Notes: generated by a model from the sequence alone, not told the origin. 64,000 bases of DNA from Candidatus Aenigmatarchaeota archaeon (GCA_030670085.1 DAOVCJ010000002.1:4975-68974); one strand, 5' to 3'. Shown: positions 38,326-48,364, numbered from the stretch's first letter. Program-made: numbers and translations.

Positions 38326-38760
38326 ATGAAAATCGTAATCTGCGGCAGTGTGAATTTCCCGGAAAAGATAAGGGAAATCGAGAAGCAGCTTCTAGAGATG
38401 GGCCACGAGGTTGTGATACCCTATAGTATAATAAAACACAACCTAAAAAGCTACGAGGATGCCCAGAAAATAAAGGATAACAAAGAGTTTGTAAAGGCAA
38501 TAAAACCCGAACTAACCATAAGGCACTTCAATGAGATAAAGAAAGCCGATGCCATACTCGTGGTGAATGTGGAGAAGAATGGCATACCCGATTACATTGG
38601 CGGGGCAACCTTCGCCGAACTGATGTTCGCTTTCTACGAAAAGAAGAAGATATTTCTGCTGAATCCCATACCTGTTCATGAAAAAATAAGCATTCTCCAG
38701 GATGAGATAGAGGGAGTTCATCCTATTGTGATAAATGGTAATTTGGATTTGATAAAATAA
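38326..38760 (+). CDS. Nucleoside 2-deoxyribosyltransferase-like protein
   Basis: Start at MKIVICGS (ATG 38326); the upstream part of the track ORF overlaps tatD. Rossmann-like ICGS...EAD-type pattern. Weak assignment. Confidence 0.4.
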   Translation: MKIVICGSVNFPEKIREIEKQLLEMGHEVVIPYSIIKHNLKSYEDAQKIKDNKEFVKAIKPELTIRHFNEIKKADAILVVNVEKNGIPDYIGGATFAELMFAFYEKKKIFLLNPIPVHEKISILQDEIEGVHPIVINGNLDLIK

Positions 38761-38762
38761 TT

Positions 38763-39293
38763 CTAGCACACCTTTTCTCCCTGTTCTTCCATCAGGGTCT
38801 GGTTGACATAGATGGGGGTTGCTGTCCTGACTGCGATTGCAATTGCATCGCTTGGCCTTGAATCGAGATTCAGAATTCGAGTTCCCTGCACCAGAAACAG
38901 CCTTGAAAAATATGCGTTCTCCCTCATATCAGTAACCTTTACCATTATCGGCTTCATGTCAAAGGCATCGAGTATGTTTCTCATGATGTCATGGGATGTT
39001 GGTCTGAAATCCAGAACTCCCTCGAGACCATCCTTTATCGACTTCGTCTGGAACCCGTTCGTGATCATTGTCAGTCTCCTGCAGCCGGAAAAAAGGTATA
39101 TCTTGTCTTCATCCACATCAATGCTGGCCCTGGAAAATCCATCGATTGACAGTTGGGGTATCTTTATCAAATCTTCATAAGTCAGGTCCTGCTTTCCCTC
39201 ATAAATAACCATGCCTATAGGACTAAAACCTGCTATGTATATCCCAACCAACATTCCTATCAACAGTATCGCAATACCTACTAGTATTTTCAT
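38763..39293 (-). CDS. Membrane-anchored bifunctional nuclease (BFN/DUF151) domain protein
   Basis: N-terminal TM helix and the DUF151 motif RPSDAIAIAVR. Confidence 0.55.
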   Translation of the reverse strand: MKILVGIAILLIGMLVGIYIAGFSPIGMVIYEGKQDLTYEDLIKIPQLSIDGFSRASIDVDEDKIYLFSGCRRLTMITNGFQTKSIKDGLEGVLDFRPTSHDIMRNILDAFDMKPIMVKVTDMRENAYFSRLFLVQGTRILNLDSRPSDAIAIAVRTATPIYVNQTLMEEQGEKVC

Positions 39294-40042
39294 TTTTCAA
39301 CCAAAAAATACTCTAAGGCTTCCTCAATGGTTTGAACCTCTATGACATATATGCCGGCCTGCTCTGATATGTCAACCCTTTTCGGTATCTGCTCTATTGT
39401 GCATATCTGGCTCCATCCTATCTGTTCACAGTATTTTTCTGATTCGTAGGTGATCTGGGTTGACTGGGTCAAGGGAACAATGAAGAGATTCGCCCCGACT
39501 GATTTCGCGGCAGTTGCCTTTGCAAGGATCTCGCTCACAGGGCCTATTGTCCCGTCGTGGTTTATGGTCCCTGTCATCATTACGCTTGTGTTTATCCCAC
39601 TGTCCTCCAGAGCCGCGACAGTTGCGACCGTAAGGGATGCTCCTGCCGACGCCCCTTCAATAACCGTAGCATTCGCCTTTATGGTGTAGATCAGATCGTA
39701 ATTGGAAAGATTTACTCTAGTGATGTTCTCTGCAACGAACCTCGCCGTCCTTATTGAATTCTGGGTATCTGTCCAGAAGAGGAGCTTGTCTATGTTCGTA
39801 AGCGTCCTTCCGTAACCCCTGACAACCTGCACATCCAGTATGGTTGCAACACCCCTTCCGTTCTGGTCAACAGCAGGAACCATCACAGACGCGTAAGATA
39901 CGTTTGAACCCTCCAGACCCTCATAAGGTTTATATATGTAGGGGTAGTTCTCATATATGTAGATCGTCTGGGAGCTCAGAAACCCTCCAAGGTATGCCCC
40001 AACAGCCAGGCCTATTATCAGGGCAAGGATTCTAGTCTTCAC
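39290..40042 (-). CDS. Lon-like S16 serine protease domain protein (membrane-anchored or secreted)
   Basis: N-terminal TM or signal sequence plus the S16 proteolytic-domain motif IEGASAGASLTVATVAAL. Confidence 0.55.
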   Translation of the reverse strand: MKTRILALIIGLAVGAYLGGFLSSQTIYIYENYPYIYKPYEGLEGSNVSYASVMVPAVDQNGRGVATILDVQVVRGYGRTLTNIDKLLFWTDTQNSIRTARFVAENITRVNLSNYDLIYTIKANATVIEGASAGASLTVATVAALEDSGINTSVMMTGTINHDGTIGPVSEILAKATAAKSVGANLFIVPLTQSTQITYESEKYCEQIGWSQICTIEQIPKRVDISEQAGIYVIEVQTIEEALEYFLVEK

Positions 40043-40120
40043 AGAAACACCTTATACATTATTGACCGAGAAGAAATATATTATTTAAATTCTGAATCCA
40101 TGACAGATCTCTAGGAAAAC

Positions 40121-40129
40121 TTTTAAATA
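40121..40129 (+). promoter_or_regulatory. TATA-like box for the SRP RNA gene
   Basis: ttttaaata lies about 25 nt upstream of the predicted 5' end at 40149. Confidence 0.4.
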
Positions 40130-40148
40130 CCCTTTGCAAATCTTTAAT

Positions 40149-40433
40149 GCAGGGAGCCTCCAGTCACGGGGTTAGGCCTACCGTACCTTCGGGTGGCAAA
40201 TGGTCTATATGGCCGACTGTAGTCTATGGATGGCCTCATAGCATAAATGTAAGCCAGTTTACTGACTGAGAAGCCTTGTCCCACAGGAGTGTTTTCGTGG
40301 TGAACCGGGTCAGACCTTGACGGGAGCAGCCCTAAACTATGTTGGCGCTGCTTGTGGGGTCGCGGGGTGGAGAAAGTAGACCGGACAACTTGCGTCTGTG
40401 TTATGTTGTCTACCATAGACATGCTTCCTGCAC
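40149..40433 (+). ncRNA. ffs: Signal recognition particle RNA (7S/SRP RNA)
   Basis: Helix-8/domain-IV motif GGGUCAGACCUUGACGGGAGCAGCC (40308-40332) matches the universal 4.5S/7S core GUCAGGUCCGGAAGGAAGCAGCC. Terminal helix GCAGGGAGC (40149-57) / GCTTCCTGC (40423-31). An oligo-T terminator (ctcttttt) and an upstream TATA are present. Noncoding, GC-rich and about 285 nt. Confidence 0.75.
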
Positions 40434-40450
40434 TCTTTTTCAGAAAACGA

Positions 40451-41644
40451 TTAAAGCAGTTTCCTGGCAAGCTTTATCAGTTTAGGCTTCTTCATGAGAA
40501 TCTTTGCGAACTTGCCAAAGCCAGAAGACCTTGCGAACTCTATAAGGTCCTCACCCTTGAGATAATCAACTAACCAGTTCAGATCTTCGTCAGAGAAGGA
40601 TTCCATGACCTCCCTGAGCTTCACGAGTTTCTGCAGTTTGTTGCCTCTTTTCTCCCACCACAGTTTGTTGTACTTGCCTAGGAATTTCTTTGATAGATCG
40701 TTTGCCTTTATCGCCTCTGCAGCCATCTCCCCGGCAATCCTTCCACCGACCCAGGCTTCACCCATGCCACCCCCATGTATGGGATTGGCCTGGTGCGCTG
40801 CGTCTCCCACAACTATTAAGTTGTCAGTGACCATGTTCTCCATCAACCCCCCCACAGGAACTCCACCCGAGTTGACCTCGATTATAGAACCCTTCTTCAG
40901 ACCCGACCTGCTCTCAATAAATCTCTTCAGATAGTCTATTGCTTTCTCCTTTGCATATGGTTTCCTGACACCGATACCAATGTTCGCGATGTTCTCTCCC
41001 TTTGGGAATATCCACACATATCCTCCCGGAGCGATATCATTCCCGAAGTACATCTCTATCCTGTCAGGGTCTATGTCAACATTGGTCATCTCAAACTGCG
41101 CTCCTGATGCAATATCCACGAGCTTGAGAGTGGTATCAAGTCCAGCTTCCCTCGCGATTTTTGACTCAACACCGTCAGCAGCTATCACAATCTTCGCCTT
41201 TATCTCTTTCTTTTCCCCTTCAAACTCAACTTCAACACCGCAGACTTTACCATCCTCTTTAAGGAGCCTTGTGACCTCTGCTTTCGCAAGAACCTTTGCT
41301 CCTAACCCTGCTGCCTTCTCTGCAAGACATTTGTCAAAGACCTTCCTTTCTAAAATGTAACCCTCTGGTCCATCCTTGTAGTCAACCCCGATGTGCTCTC
41401 CATTGGGAGCATAGATTGTCGCACCTATTATCTCTCTTCTTATCCACAAATCATCCCTCTCAATCCCCATTCTTCCCATGGCGGACATGCTCAGACCCTC
41501 AGCGCACCTCTTCGGGGCTCCTATCTCCTGCCTTTTTTCCAGAAGAAGAACCTTCATTCCTTTTTTCGCTGCTGCGAGAGCTGCTCCGGAGCCTCCGGGG
41601 CCAGCACCTATAACTATAATATCATACTCCCTTTCGATGTTCAT
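40451..41644 (-). CDS. Geranylgeranyl reductase (FAD-dependent; digeranylgeranylglycerophospholipid reductase family)
   Basis: FAD fingerprint GAGPGGSGAALAAAKKG...LLEKR. Length 397 aa. Confidence 0.85.
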   Translation of the reverse strand: MNIEREYDIIVIGAGPGGSGAALAAAKKGMKVLLLEKRQEIGAPKRCAEGLSMSAMGRMGIERDDLWIRREIIGATIYAPNGEHIGVDYKDGPEGYILERKVFDKCLAEKAAGLGAKVLAKAEVTRLLKEDGKVCGVEVEFEGEKKEIKAKIVIAADGVESKIAREAGLDTTLKLVDIASGAQFEMTNVDIDPDRIEMYFGNDIAPGGYVWIFPKGENIANIGIGVRKPYAKEKAIDYLKRFIESRSGLKKGSIIEVNSGGVPVGGLMENMVTDNLIVVGDAAHQANPIHGGGMGEAWVGGRIAGEMAAEAIKANDLSKKFLGKYNKLWWEKRGNKLQKLVKLREVMESFSDEDLNWLVDYLKGEDLIEFARSSGFGKFAKILMKKPKLIKLARKLL

Positions 41645-41817
41645 TTCTCCACCATCCTTATCGCACCCACAGGACAGAAGTTAAGGCATATCCTGCAGTT
41701 GTTACACTTCTCACCATCACATTCTATACCATGCTCCCTGAGGGTGAGAGCTGACTGCGGACAGACCCCCACACATGCAGAACACCTCAGGCATTTCTTC
41801 TTGTCTGTCTCTATCAT
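41641..41817 (-). CDS. 2x[4Fe-4S] ferredoxin (59 aa), translationally coupled to the GGR gene
   Basis: Minus-strand translation is MIETDKKKCLRCSACVGVCPQSAL...CNNCRICLNFCPVGAI. Its TGA stop overlaps the ATG of the reductase (ATGA). Below the track threshold. Confidence 0.7.
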   Translation of the reverse strand: MIETDKKKCLRCSACVGVCPQSALTLREHGIECDGEKCNNCRICLNFCPVGAIRMVEK

Positions 41818-41888
41818 ACTATCCCTATCGATTTTAGTTTTAAATATTTATTATGATTGGTTTATAAAAACAGGACAAAATAATTTAT

Positions 41889-42815
41889 TTATTTTTTCCC
41901 GATACCTATCCAGTGATAACCTTCTGGTAAAAGATAGAGAGACATGTTATCTTTATCATATCCAGCTTTAATCATTAAATCTTCAAGGTATTGTTTACCC
42001 CTGTAATTTAACTTCCATCTACCAAAAAACTCCATCCAAAACCTCATCCACATATGCATATCCATATTGCTTGTAATAAGTGTTCCCTCCTCTCGTGATA
42101 CTTCTTTGGAATTCCTTAGTAAGTTTATACTTCTTTCATCATCAAGATAGTCCATTATCCCCTGTGTAATTACGATATCATAAGAATTACCGTTCTCGTA
42201 GTGATGCATCTTACCTATTTTTCCTCTCTTAAATGTTATATTTTTCAATCCTTTATTTTTTGCAATATTTGATCCCAATTCCATAGCATCCTTACATTTG
42301 TCTATGCAGGTAGCATAAACATCTATACCCTCCTCTTTAAGGAATTCTACAGCCTCTATAACATCTCTACCTGGACCAGAAGCCAAACTTAAAATATCAA
42401 CCTTTCCATTGTTTGACTCTGCATATTCTTTACCCAGTTTTTTCATCTGTTCAACATATTCGACAAACCTTGCCCTGGTAGCTCTTGCAGCCTTTGAATT
42501 GTAGAACATCTTGTCAGTCAGGTGCTCTGGAACAAAAGCAACGGTTTCTATCCCTTCTGGCTCATTCCCATATAAACGATCAAGAATCTTCCATGAGCCA
42601 GGGTTCTCAATGGTATCTCTTCCAATCTTGCTATGTTTATGAAGGTATTTTATAACTGCTCTTCTAGGTGATTTGAGAGGATGCTTCAAAAAATTTATTT
42701 TTAGTTTATCTATTGAAAATACTCTTTCTACTTCTTCTGGACTTATAAGATCTATGTAGCCTAGACGATTCACTGCCTCACCATTTACTCTCCCATTCGC
42801 AGTATGGAGAGCCAT
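41889..42815 (-). CDS. Class I SAM-dependent methyltransferase
   Basis: Motif I ILSLASGPGRDV. Low-GC island. Overlaps the V4R gene by 38 nt, and a GTG start at 42776 is an alternative. Confidence 0.6.
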   Translation of the reverse strand: MALHTANGRVNGEAVNRLGYIDLISPEEVERVFSIDKLKINFLKHPLKSPRRAVIKYLHKHSKIGRDTIENPGSWKILDRLYGNEPEGIETVAFVPEHLTDKMFYNSKAARATRARFVEYVEQMKKLGKEYAESNNGKVDILSLASGPGRDVIEAVEFLKEEGIDVYATCIDKCKDAMELGSNIAKNKGLKNITFKRGKIGKMHHYENGNSYDIVITQGIMDYLDDERSINLLRNSKEVSREEGTLITSNMDMHMWMRFWMEFFGRWKLNYRGKQYLEDLMIKAGYDKDNMSLYLLPEGYHWIGIGKK

Positions 42816-43320
42816 TTCTTATGCATTTAACCTCAACAAGTTTTGCATTTTTAACCCCAAGTTCAACCTCCCCGTGTGCGGCGTAAACTCCCATAAACCA
42901 GTCACATATCATAGATTTTTTCCCGTATAATTTTGCTCCATGCTCTATTACAGGGTTGTTGCGTACATGGATTATCATATGATGGTGTCCGTCTTTCTTT
43001 ATATCAGCTTTGATAAATTCGACCTTACCAAATCCTATAAAATCCAACAACGCCAAAACAATTTTCTGGGTAGCCCACCCACCCTTCAGTTTAGCTCCAG
43101 TACATTTAACTATTTCCTTACCAGCATCATATCCAGCTTCGTACCCAATTTTATATAGATAATCTTTACCCAATTTTTCCCCAACATTCTGTAAATTTAA
43201 AGCAAATGCCCTGGCAGGATATAACATCCAATCCATCCTTCCGTATAATCTGATCCTTCCCTTTTCGTTTGTAAATGCCCTGCCGATCAGCATTTTTTTC
43301 AGTACAGTTGATAAGACCAT
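42778..43320 (-). CDS. V4R-domain (4-vinyl reductase-like, small-molecule-binding) protein
   Basis: Size and pattern of a V4R domain, with conserved C-terminal Cys (KCIRNGSPYCEWE). Weak assignment. Confidence 0.45.
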   Translation of the reverse strand: MVLSTVLKKMLIGRAFTNEKGRIRLYGRMDWMLYPARAFALNLQNVGEKLGKDYLYKIGYEAGYDAGKEIVKCTGAKLKGGWATQKIVLALLDFIGFGKVEFIKADIKKDGHHHMIIHVRNNPVIEHGAKLYGKKSMICDWFMGVYAAHGEVELGVKNAKLVEVKCIRNGSPYCEWESKW

Positions 43321-43322
43321 TA

Positions 43323-43574
43323 TTAATCCACCTTCAACAGTTCGTATATCACTCTTAATTTTTCAATATCATGCGGCCAGGCAATCAAAGCCTTCCCTAT
43401 TCTTTTAGTTCTTATCCTCTCAGCTTTTTCAAGCTCCTTTATGTGGTAGCTTATCTTCTTGATGTTGCTGTTGTTCACTTCCAGTTCGAGGTTTCTGACA
43501 AGTTCCTTTATATGAACAGGCCAGTGGTGCTCAATATTTTCCATTACATTTTTTCTCAGTTCTTTCCCTCTCAT
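43323..43574 (-). CDS. Small winged-helix transcriptional regulator
   Basis: 83 aa with HTH-like IKELVRNLELEVNNSNIKKISYHIKELEKAERI. Lies 2 nt upstream of the V4R gene. Confidence 0.45.
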   Translation of the reverse strand: MRGKELRKNVMENIEHHWPVHIKELVRNLELEVNNSNIKKISYHIKELEKAERIRTKRIGKALIAWPHDIEKLRVIYELLKVD

Positions 43575-44008
43575 ACATTATTATATAAGTGAAAAAATTA
43601 TAAATAGATAAATTCACATATGTGAAAAAATAGTTTGATGTGAAGATTTCTTTAACTACTTAGGATAATCCAGATCCAGAGAAAGTTTTTGCTTATGATG
43701 CTTTCCACCGTAAATGTCACTCTCTAAAATTGATTCAGCCGCCTTGTCTCTTATATATTTATCCAAATGATGGCAACCTCTTTCAAAGCCTATTATTAAT
43801 GCAGCAGTAGCGAGAGCGTATATTACAGGTTTTTTAAGTTTCATTCCAGACTACCTACTATATTTTATTGTGTAAAAATTTAAATACCTATTACATAACG
43901 AATAAAGATATTCCTAGCGCAGTGGCTCTGACTAAAAAATAAAAAAAAAGAGAAAAAATGTTAAAAGGGCTAATTAAATGCGCCCCCTATTAAAAAAACC
44001 AAAAGGTT

Positions 44009-44374
44009 TTATACCACCGCGGGCTTTGCTGCTAGGTTGTAAACAGCCTTAAGGGAAACCACTAATGCTGCTGGTGCAACGAATGCTGCTATGTTGTTGA
44101 CCATTGCCTGGATTACCGATCCCAGCAATGGGATTATTGTGTCTATGGACGTCAGCTGTGCTATTGTTCCTACTAGTATCAATGCTATTGATGCAAGCAG
44201 GAAGTCGTGTATTTCCTTGGCGCCGATGTTAAGGAAGCCAACGATTAATCCCAGTACCACTAGTACCAGAAGTATCCATGGTGAATATCCTACTACCCAT
44301 CCACCGACCAGACCTGCTATTACTGCTATGACTACACCCAGTATAAAAGCCCATTTTCCAATACTTTCTGCCAT
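44009..44374 (-). CDS. Hypothetical integral membrane protein (121 aa)
   Basis: Four hydrophobic helices. Confidence 0.35.
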   Translation of the reverse strand: MAESIGKWAFILGVVIAVIAGLVGGWVVGYSPWILLVLVVLGLIVGFLNIGAKEIHDFLLASIALILVGTIAQLTSIDTIIPLLGSVIQAMVNNIAAFVAPAALVVSLKAVYNLAAKPAVV

Positions 44375-44481
44375 TTATAGCCACCTTACTTTATATAATG
44401 TCGCTAGCCGCTTATAAATGTTATTCGACAATGAACGATATTTTTTATGAATTTGATTGTGAAGTTATGAAGTTGCCGAAT

Positions 44482-45297
44482 TCAGAGATAGACCTCAACA
44501 AAGGCTCCCACAACAATCAGGACTATTGCCAGGGCAAGGAGTTTGAAAGAGTCAAAAAGGATAGTCTTAAGGACAGCGGATCTGTTCTTTCTAAGAACAG
44601 CTGCAGAGATGATGGAACCCGCAAGACCGGCGACTATGTATCCACCAATCTCAAGAATCCCGTGCGTCAAAAACAGGCTCCCTGCACCCGGTATGTGCCA
44701 TACGGTTTCCGATATCCTGGCTATAGCAACCCCCAGTATGGAGGCATTCCATACCAGGATGAAAACCGCACCCGCTCCAAAGAAGAGGGAAAACAAAAAC
44801 GCAAAGAGCATGACCTGAAAATTGTTTGCGAAGATTCTCTCGAAATCAACAAAGCTCCCCTTAGTCAATGCGCCTGACGCCCCTTGTATCCTGTTTATCA
44901 CCGTTTCCTGCACCTGGAAGAAATTCGGGTCCAAGAAGAAATGCCAAGCAGCAAACGCAATGGTAACCCCTGCAAAGAATACCAGAAACAGGAGCAGGTG
45001 GATGAAATGCTTTTCCCAGAAACTCTTTTTGTGGAAATCCTCTATATCCTTCTCCTCTATCCTCTCCTCCCTCTTGATAAGGACAGTCATCCAATAGGCA
45101 GAGGGTATGATCACGAAGAGGACAGAGAATATGCCAGACGTGTCAAAGAGCGTTCCGCCCAGCACAAACCTAACCGAAACCTGGGAGGCTATGAATATGG
45201 CTATGCTAGTTATCATCACAGCCCACACAAACATCCAGAGAAACATTCGCTCCGGTCTCTTGTCAAAATCCCTGAACCCCAGAATCGATTCAAACAT
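44482..45297 (-). CDS. SpoIIM/DUF95-family membrane protein
   Basis: Multi-TM with the motif HGILEIGGYIVAGLAG, resembling the DUF95 HGIFELPAI(I/L)LAG pattern. Confidence 0.45.
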   Translation of the reverse strand: MFESILGFRDFDKRPERMFLWMFVWAVMITSIAIFIASQVSVRFVLGGTLFDTSGIFSVLFVIIPSAYWMTVLIKREERIEEKDIEDFHKKSFWEKHFIHLLLFLVFFAGVTIAFAAWHFFLDPNFFQVQETVINRIQGASGALTKGSFVDFERIFANNFQVMLFAFLFSLFFGAGAVFILVWNASILGVAIARISETVWHIPGAGSLFLTHGILEIGGYIVAGLAGSIISAAVLRKNRSAVLKTILFDSFKLLALAIVLIVVGAFVEVYL

Positions 45298-45401
45298 ACT
45301 TAATTATTTGCATTCGGACCTTTATTTAATTTTCAGTGGCCGTTTTCAGACCCCTTCGGGAGAATGCATTTAAAACAATTTGCCAACAATAATATTATTA
45401 T

Positions 45402-47882
45402 ATGGTCAGACTGCAAAGAATTGCGATTCAGGGTTTCAAATCATTCAAGAGAAAGGTTTCTATACCATTCCCTCCTGGTTTTTCTGTGATAACAGGGCCC
45501 AATGGCTCGGGCAAGAGCAACCTGAGCGATGCAATATCCTTTGTTCTGGGCAGGACATCCTCCAGGACCCTGAGGGCGAAGAAAACACAGGAGCTTATCT
45601 TCCACGGCAGCAAGAAAAAGACAGGCTCTGATTTCGCAAAGGTGACGATCTACTTTGACAACTCAAAAAAGATTCTCCCACTAGAAGACGAATCCGTCTC
45701 GATAAGCAGAAGGATCAACAAGAAGGGTGTAAGCACCTACAGGCTCAATGGAAGGGTTATAACAAGGCAGCAGATAATCGATATCTTTTCTCAGGCAGAC
45801 ATTCACCCTGACGGGCACAACATAATACAGCAGGGGGATGTAAACCAGATGGTTGAGATGGATGCAGTGGAGAGAAGGGAAATCATAGATGAGATATCCG
45901 GGATAGCGGAGTACGATGATAAGAAGAGAAAGGCAGAGAAGGAACTGGAGCAGATTGATGGAAGGATAAGGGAGGCAGAGATTCTCCTGCAGGAAAAATA
46001 TCAAGTGATAGAGAAACTCAGAAAAGAGAGGGATGCCGCGCTCAGGTATAAAAAGTTTGATAAGGAGCTCAAGGATGTGAGGGCAGCACTCATATGGAAG
46101 GATTTCTCCGGAGCAAAAAAAGGGCTTGGTAACGCCAGTGAGAAACTGGGGGAAAAGGAAAAGCTGATGAAGAAGCTCGAGAAGGACATAAGGGATTATG
46201 ATGAGAAGATTGCGAAGGAGGAGGAGAGGCTCAATGGCCTGACCAAGCAGGCCCTGAAGGCATCAGAGCAGATAGAAGTGTCAAACAGGATAACAAAGCT
46301 CAGGTCAGAGCTTGAGATAAAGCAGAACAAGATAGACTCCAACAGGAGGGAGATAGAGGGGATGCAGAGCCTTATCGAGAGACTGAGCCAGATTGATACG
46401 AAGATAAGCCCTGCCTTCAAGTCTGTTGAAAGCCTTCAAGGCGTTTTCGGAACAGTTTTGAACCTGATAAATGTACCGGCAGAGTACCGGGTCGCTGTGG
46501 AAGTCGCAGGTGGAGGACATCTTAACGATATAGTGGTTGACACCACAAACAACGTAATCAGATGCGTAAAGCACCTGAAAGTGAATAAGATAGGAAGGGC
46601 AAGGTTCCTTCCCCTGGACAGGATAAGGGGCATGAAGAAACCACTGCCACCGGGCGCGATAAAGTGGCTCTCAGACCTTATCAGGTATGAACCCAGGTAC
46701 GAGCCGGTTATGAGTTATATTTTCGGATCAACGGCCCTGGTGAAGGATACTGACAGGGCAGGAGAGGTCGCAAAGAAACAGAGGGTAAGGATGGTAACCC
46801 TTGACGGAGACCTTTTCGAGGCATCAGGCGCAATCACAGGCGGGTTCTACAGGAAAAGGGGAGCAGGAGCCCTGAACGAGGTAAACAAATACCTTGAGGA
46901 CAAGAAAAAACTGGAGAACGAAATAGATGCTTTGTACGTTCAGATAAAGGACATAAACGATGACCTGGAGATACTGGCTGAAAAGGAGAAGAGGACCAAG
47001 ACAGCTGACCTGGAAAAGGAGAGGATAAGGCTTGACCAGAGACTGCATGAGTTCAGGGAAAATAGGAAGGAGGCGTATGATACAAGGGTTGAGCTCCAGC
47101 AGGACATATCAAAGCTCAACATACAGAAGGCAAAGCTTGAGGCAAAGTCCGATGATCTCAAATTCCAGTGGGATGAGAGAGAGGAGATAGAGGATGAGAT
47201 TCATGACTACATAAACATGAGCGTTGCAAAACTTAGGGAGCTCGAAACCAATGCGATAGAGGGGATCCAGACACTGGGGCCGGTCAACATGAAGGCGTTG
47301 GAGGAATTCGATATGATTAAAACCGAATTTGAGGACTTCAGGGAAAAGGTGGACAAGATAGTTGATGAAAAAAACTCCATAATGGATACTGTGAAAAAGA
47401 TAGAGAAAAAGAGAAAGGAGACCTTCATGTACACCATGAGCTCCATAGCCAACCATTTCAGGGAGGTTTACCTTGAACTCACTGAAGGGGAAGCTGACCT
47501 GGAGTTGGAGGATCCAGAGAATCTCGATTCAGGTCTTTTAATCAAGGCGCAGCCGCCTGGGAAAAAACTCCTGCACATAGATTCCATGTCCGGTGGAGAG
47601 AAAACCCTTACAGCCTTTGCATTTGTGTTCGCTGTTCAGAGGCACAAACCCACTCCATTCTACATACTTGACGAGGCTGATTCAACACTTGACAAGGAGA
47701 ACACGAGGAGGGTTGTAAATCTTATCAAGAAGCAGTCAAATCTTGCGCAGTTCATAGTCATATCCCACAATGACGCCCTGGTGAGGGAGGCAGACCAGAT
47801 ATACGGGGTTTCGATGGAGGACGGGGAATCCAAGATAGTCGGAATAGAGCTACCCCGGGTGGAAAAACAGAAAAATAACTGA
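45402..47882 (+). CDS. smc: Chromosome segregation protein SMC (short form, 826 aa)
   Basis: Walker A GPNGSGKSN, a hinge (GTVLNLINVPAEYRVAVEVAGGGHLNDIVV), and a C-terminal signature plus Walker B LSGGEKTLTA...YILDEADSTLD. Confidence 0.8.
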   Translation: MVRLQRIAIQGFKSFKRKVSIPFPPGFSVITGPNGSGKSNLSDAISFVLGRTSSRTLRAKKTQELIFHGSKKKTGSDFAKVTIYFDNSKKILPLEDESVSISRRINKKGVSTYRLNGRVITRQQIIDIFSQADIHPDGHNIIQQGDVNQMVEMDAVERREIIDEISGIAEYDDKKRKAEKELEQIDGRIREAEILLQEKYQVIEKLRKERDAALRYKKFDKELKDVRAALIWKDFSGAKKGLGNASEKLGEKEKLMKKLEKDIRDYDEKIAKEEERLNGLTKQALKASEQIEVSNRITKLRSELEIKQNKIDSNRREIEGMQSLIERLSQIDTKISPAFKSVESLQGVFGTVLNLINVPAEYRVAVEVAGGGHLNDIVVDTTNNVIRCVKHLKVNKIGRARFLPLDRIRGMKKPLPPGAIKWLSDLIRYEPRYEPVMSYIFGSTALVKDTDRAGEVAKKQRVRMVTLDGDLFEASGAITGGFYRKRGAGALNEVNKYLEDKKKLENEIDALYVQIKDINDDLEILAEKEKRTKTADLEKERIRLDQRLHEFRENRKEAYDTRVELQQDISKLNIQKAKLEAKSDDLKFQWDEREEIEDEIHDYINMSVAKLRELETNAIEGIQTLGPVNMKALEEFDMIKTEFEDFREKVDKIVDEKNSIMDTVKKIEKKRKETFMYTMSSIANHFREVYLELTEGEADLELEDPENLDSGLLIKAQPPGKKLLHIDSMSGGEKTLTAFAFVFAVQRHKPTPFYILDEADSTLDKENTRRVVNLIKKQSNLAQFIVISHNDALVREADQIYGVSMEDGESKIVGIELPRVEKQKNN

Positions 47883-47902
47883 GCTCTAAAACAGGAACTC
47901 GT

Positions 47903-48280
47903 TCATATAGTCTTTTTGAGATGCTTGATTTTTATCTCGATCTCTGTGAGCTTCTGCTCGTAATCCTGGGTTATCTTCTCGTAGTTTTCCCTAGATATCT
48001 TCTTTTTCAAGAACTTCTTTTCTAACGCGTCTTTTATTTCCTCTATCTCCTTTCTTTTCATTTCCAGGTCATCAACCACGTGCCTCCCAAGCCTCTCCAT
48101 GCCCCTGAAAACTACAAGAAAAGCGATAGCCAGACCAACGTAAAGGACAACGTATCCAAGAACCGCGAGAACCCCTATGATGGGGGTGAACCAGAATGCA
48201 AGGGCGAATATTATGCCTGACATGATGAATGTAACTGCCCAGAGCAACTGCAGCCTGTCCTCTCGTTTGAATACTGGCAT
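47903..48280 (-). CDS. Small membrane protein with a C-terminal coiled-coil segment
   Basis: Two TM helices followed by a K/E-rich helix. Confidence 0.3.
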   Translation of the reverse strand: MPVFKREDRLQLLWAVTFIMSGIIFALAFWFTPIIGVLAVLGYVVLYVGLAIAFLVVFRGMERLGRHVVDDLEMKRKEIEEIKDALEKKFLKKKISRENYEKITQDYEQKLTEIEIKIKHLKKTI

Positions 48281-48364
48281 ATTAATTAATTGTATTCTAG
48301 GAATAAAAACCTAAAATCTGCTAAATCTTATTAAACTTAAATTTATACTTTCTAAATATTCTCC

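Noticed and set aside
40144-40470. 108-aa minus-strand ORF
   Set aside because: It lies entirely within the SRP RNA gene, which carries the helix-8 motif, a terminal helix and an oligo-T terminator, and it runs antisense to that structured RNA.
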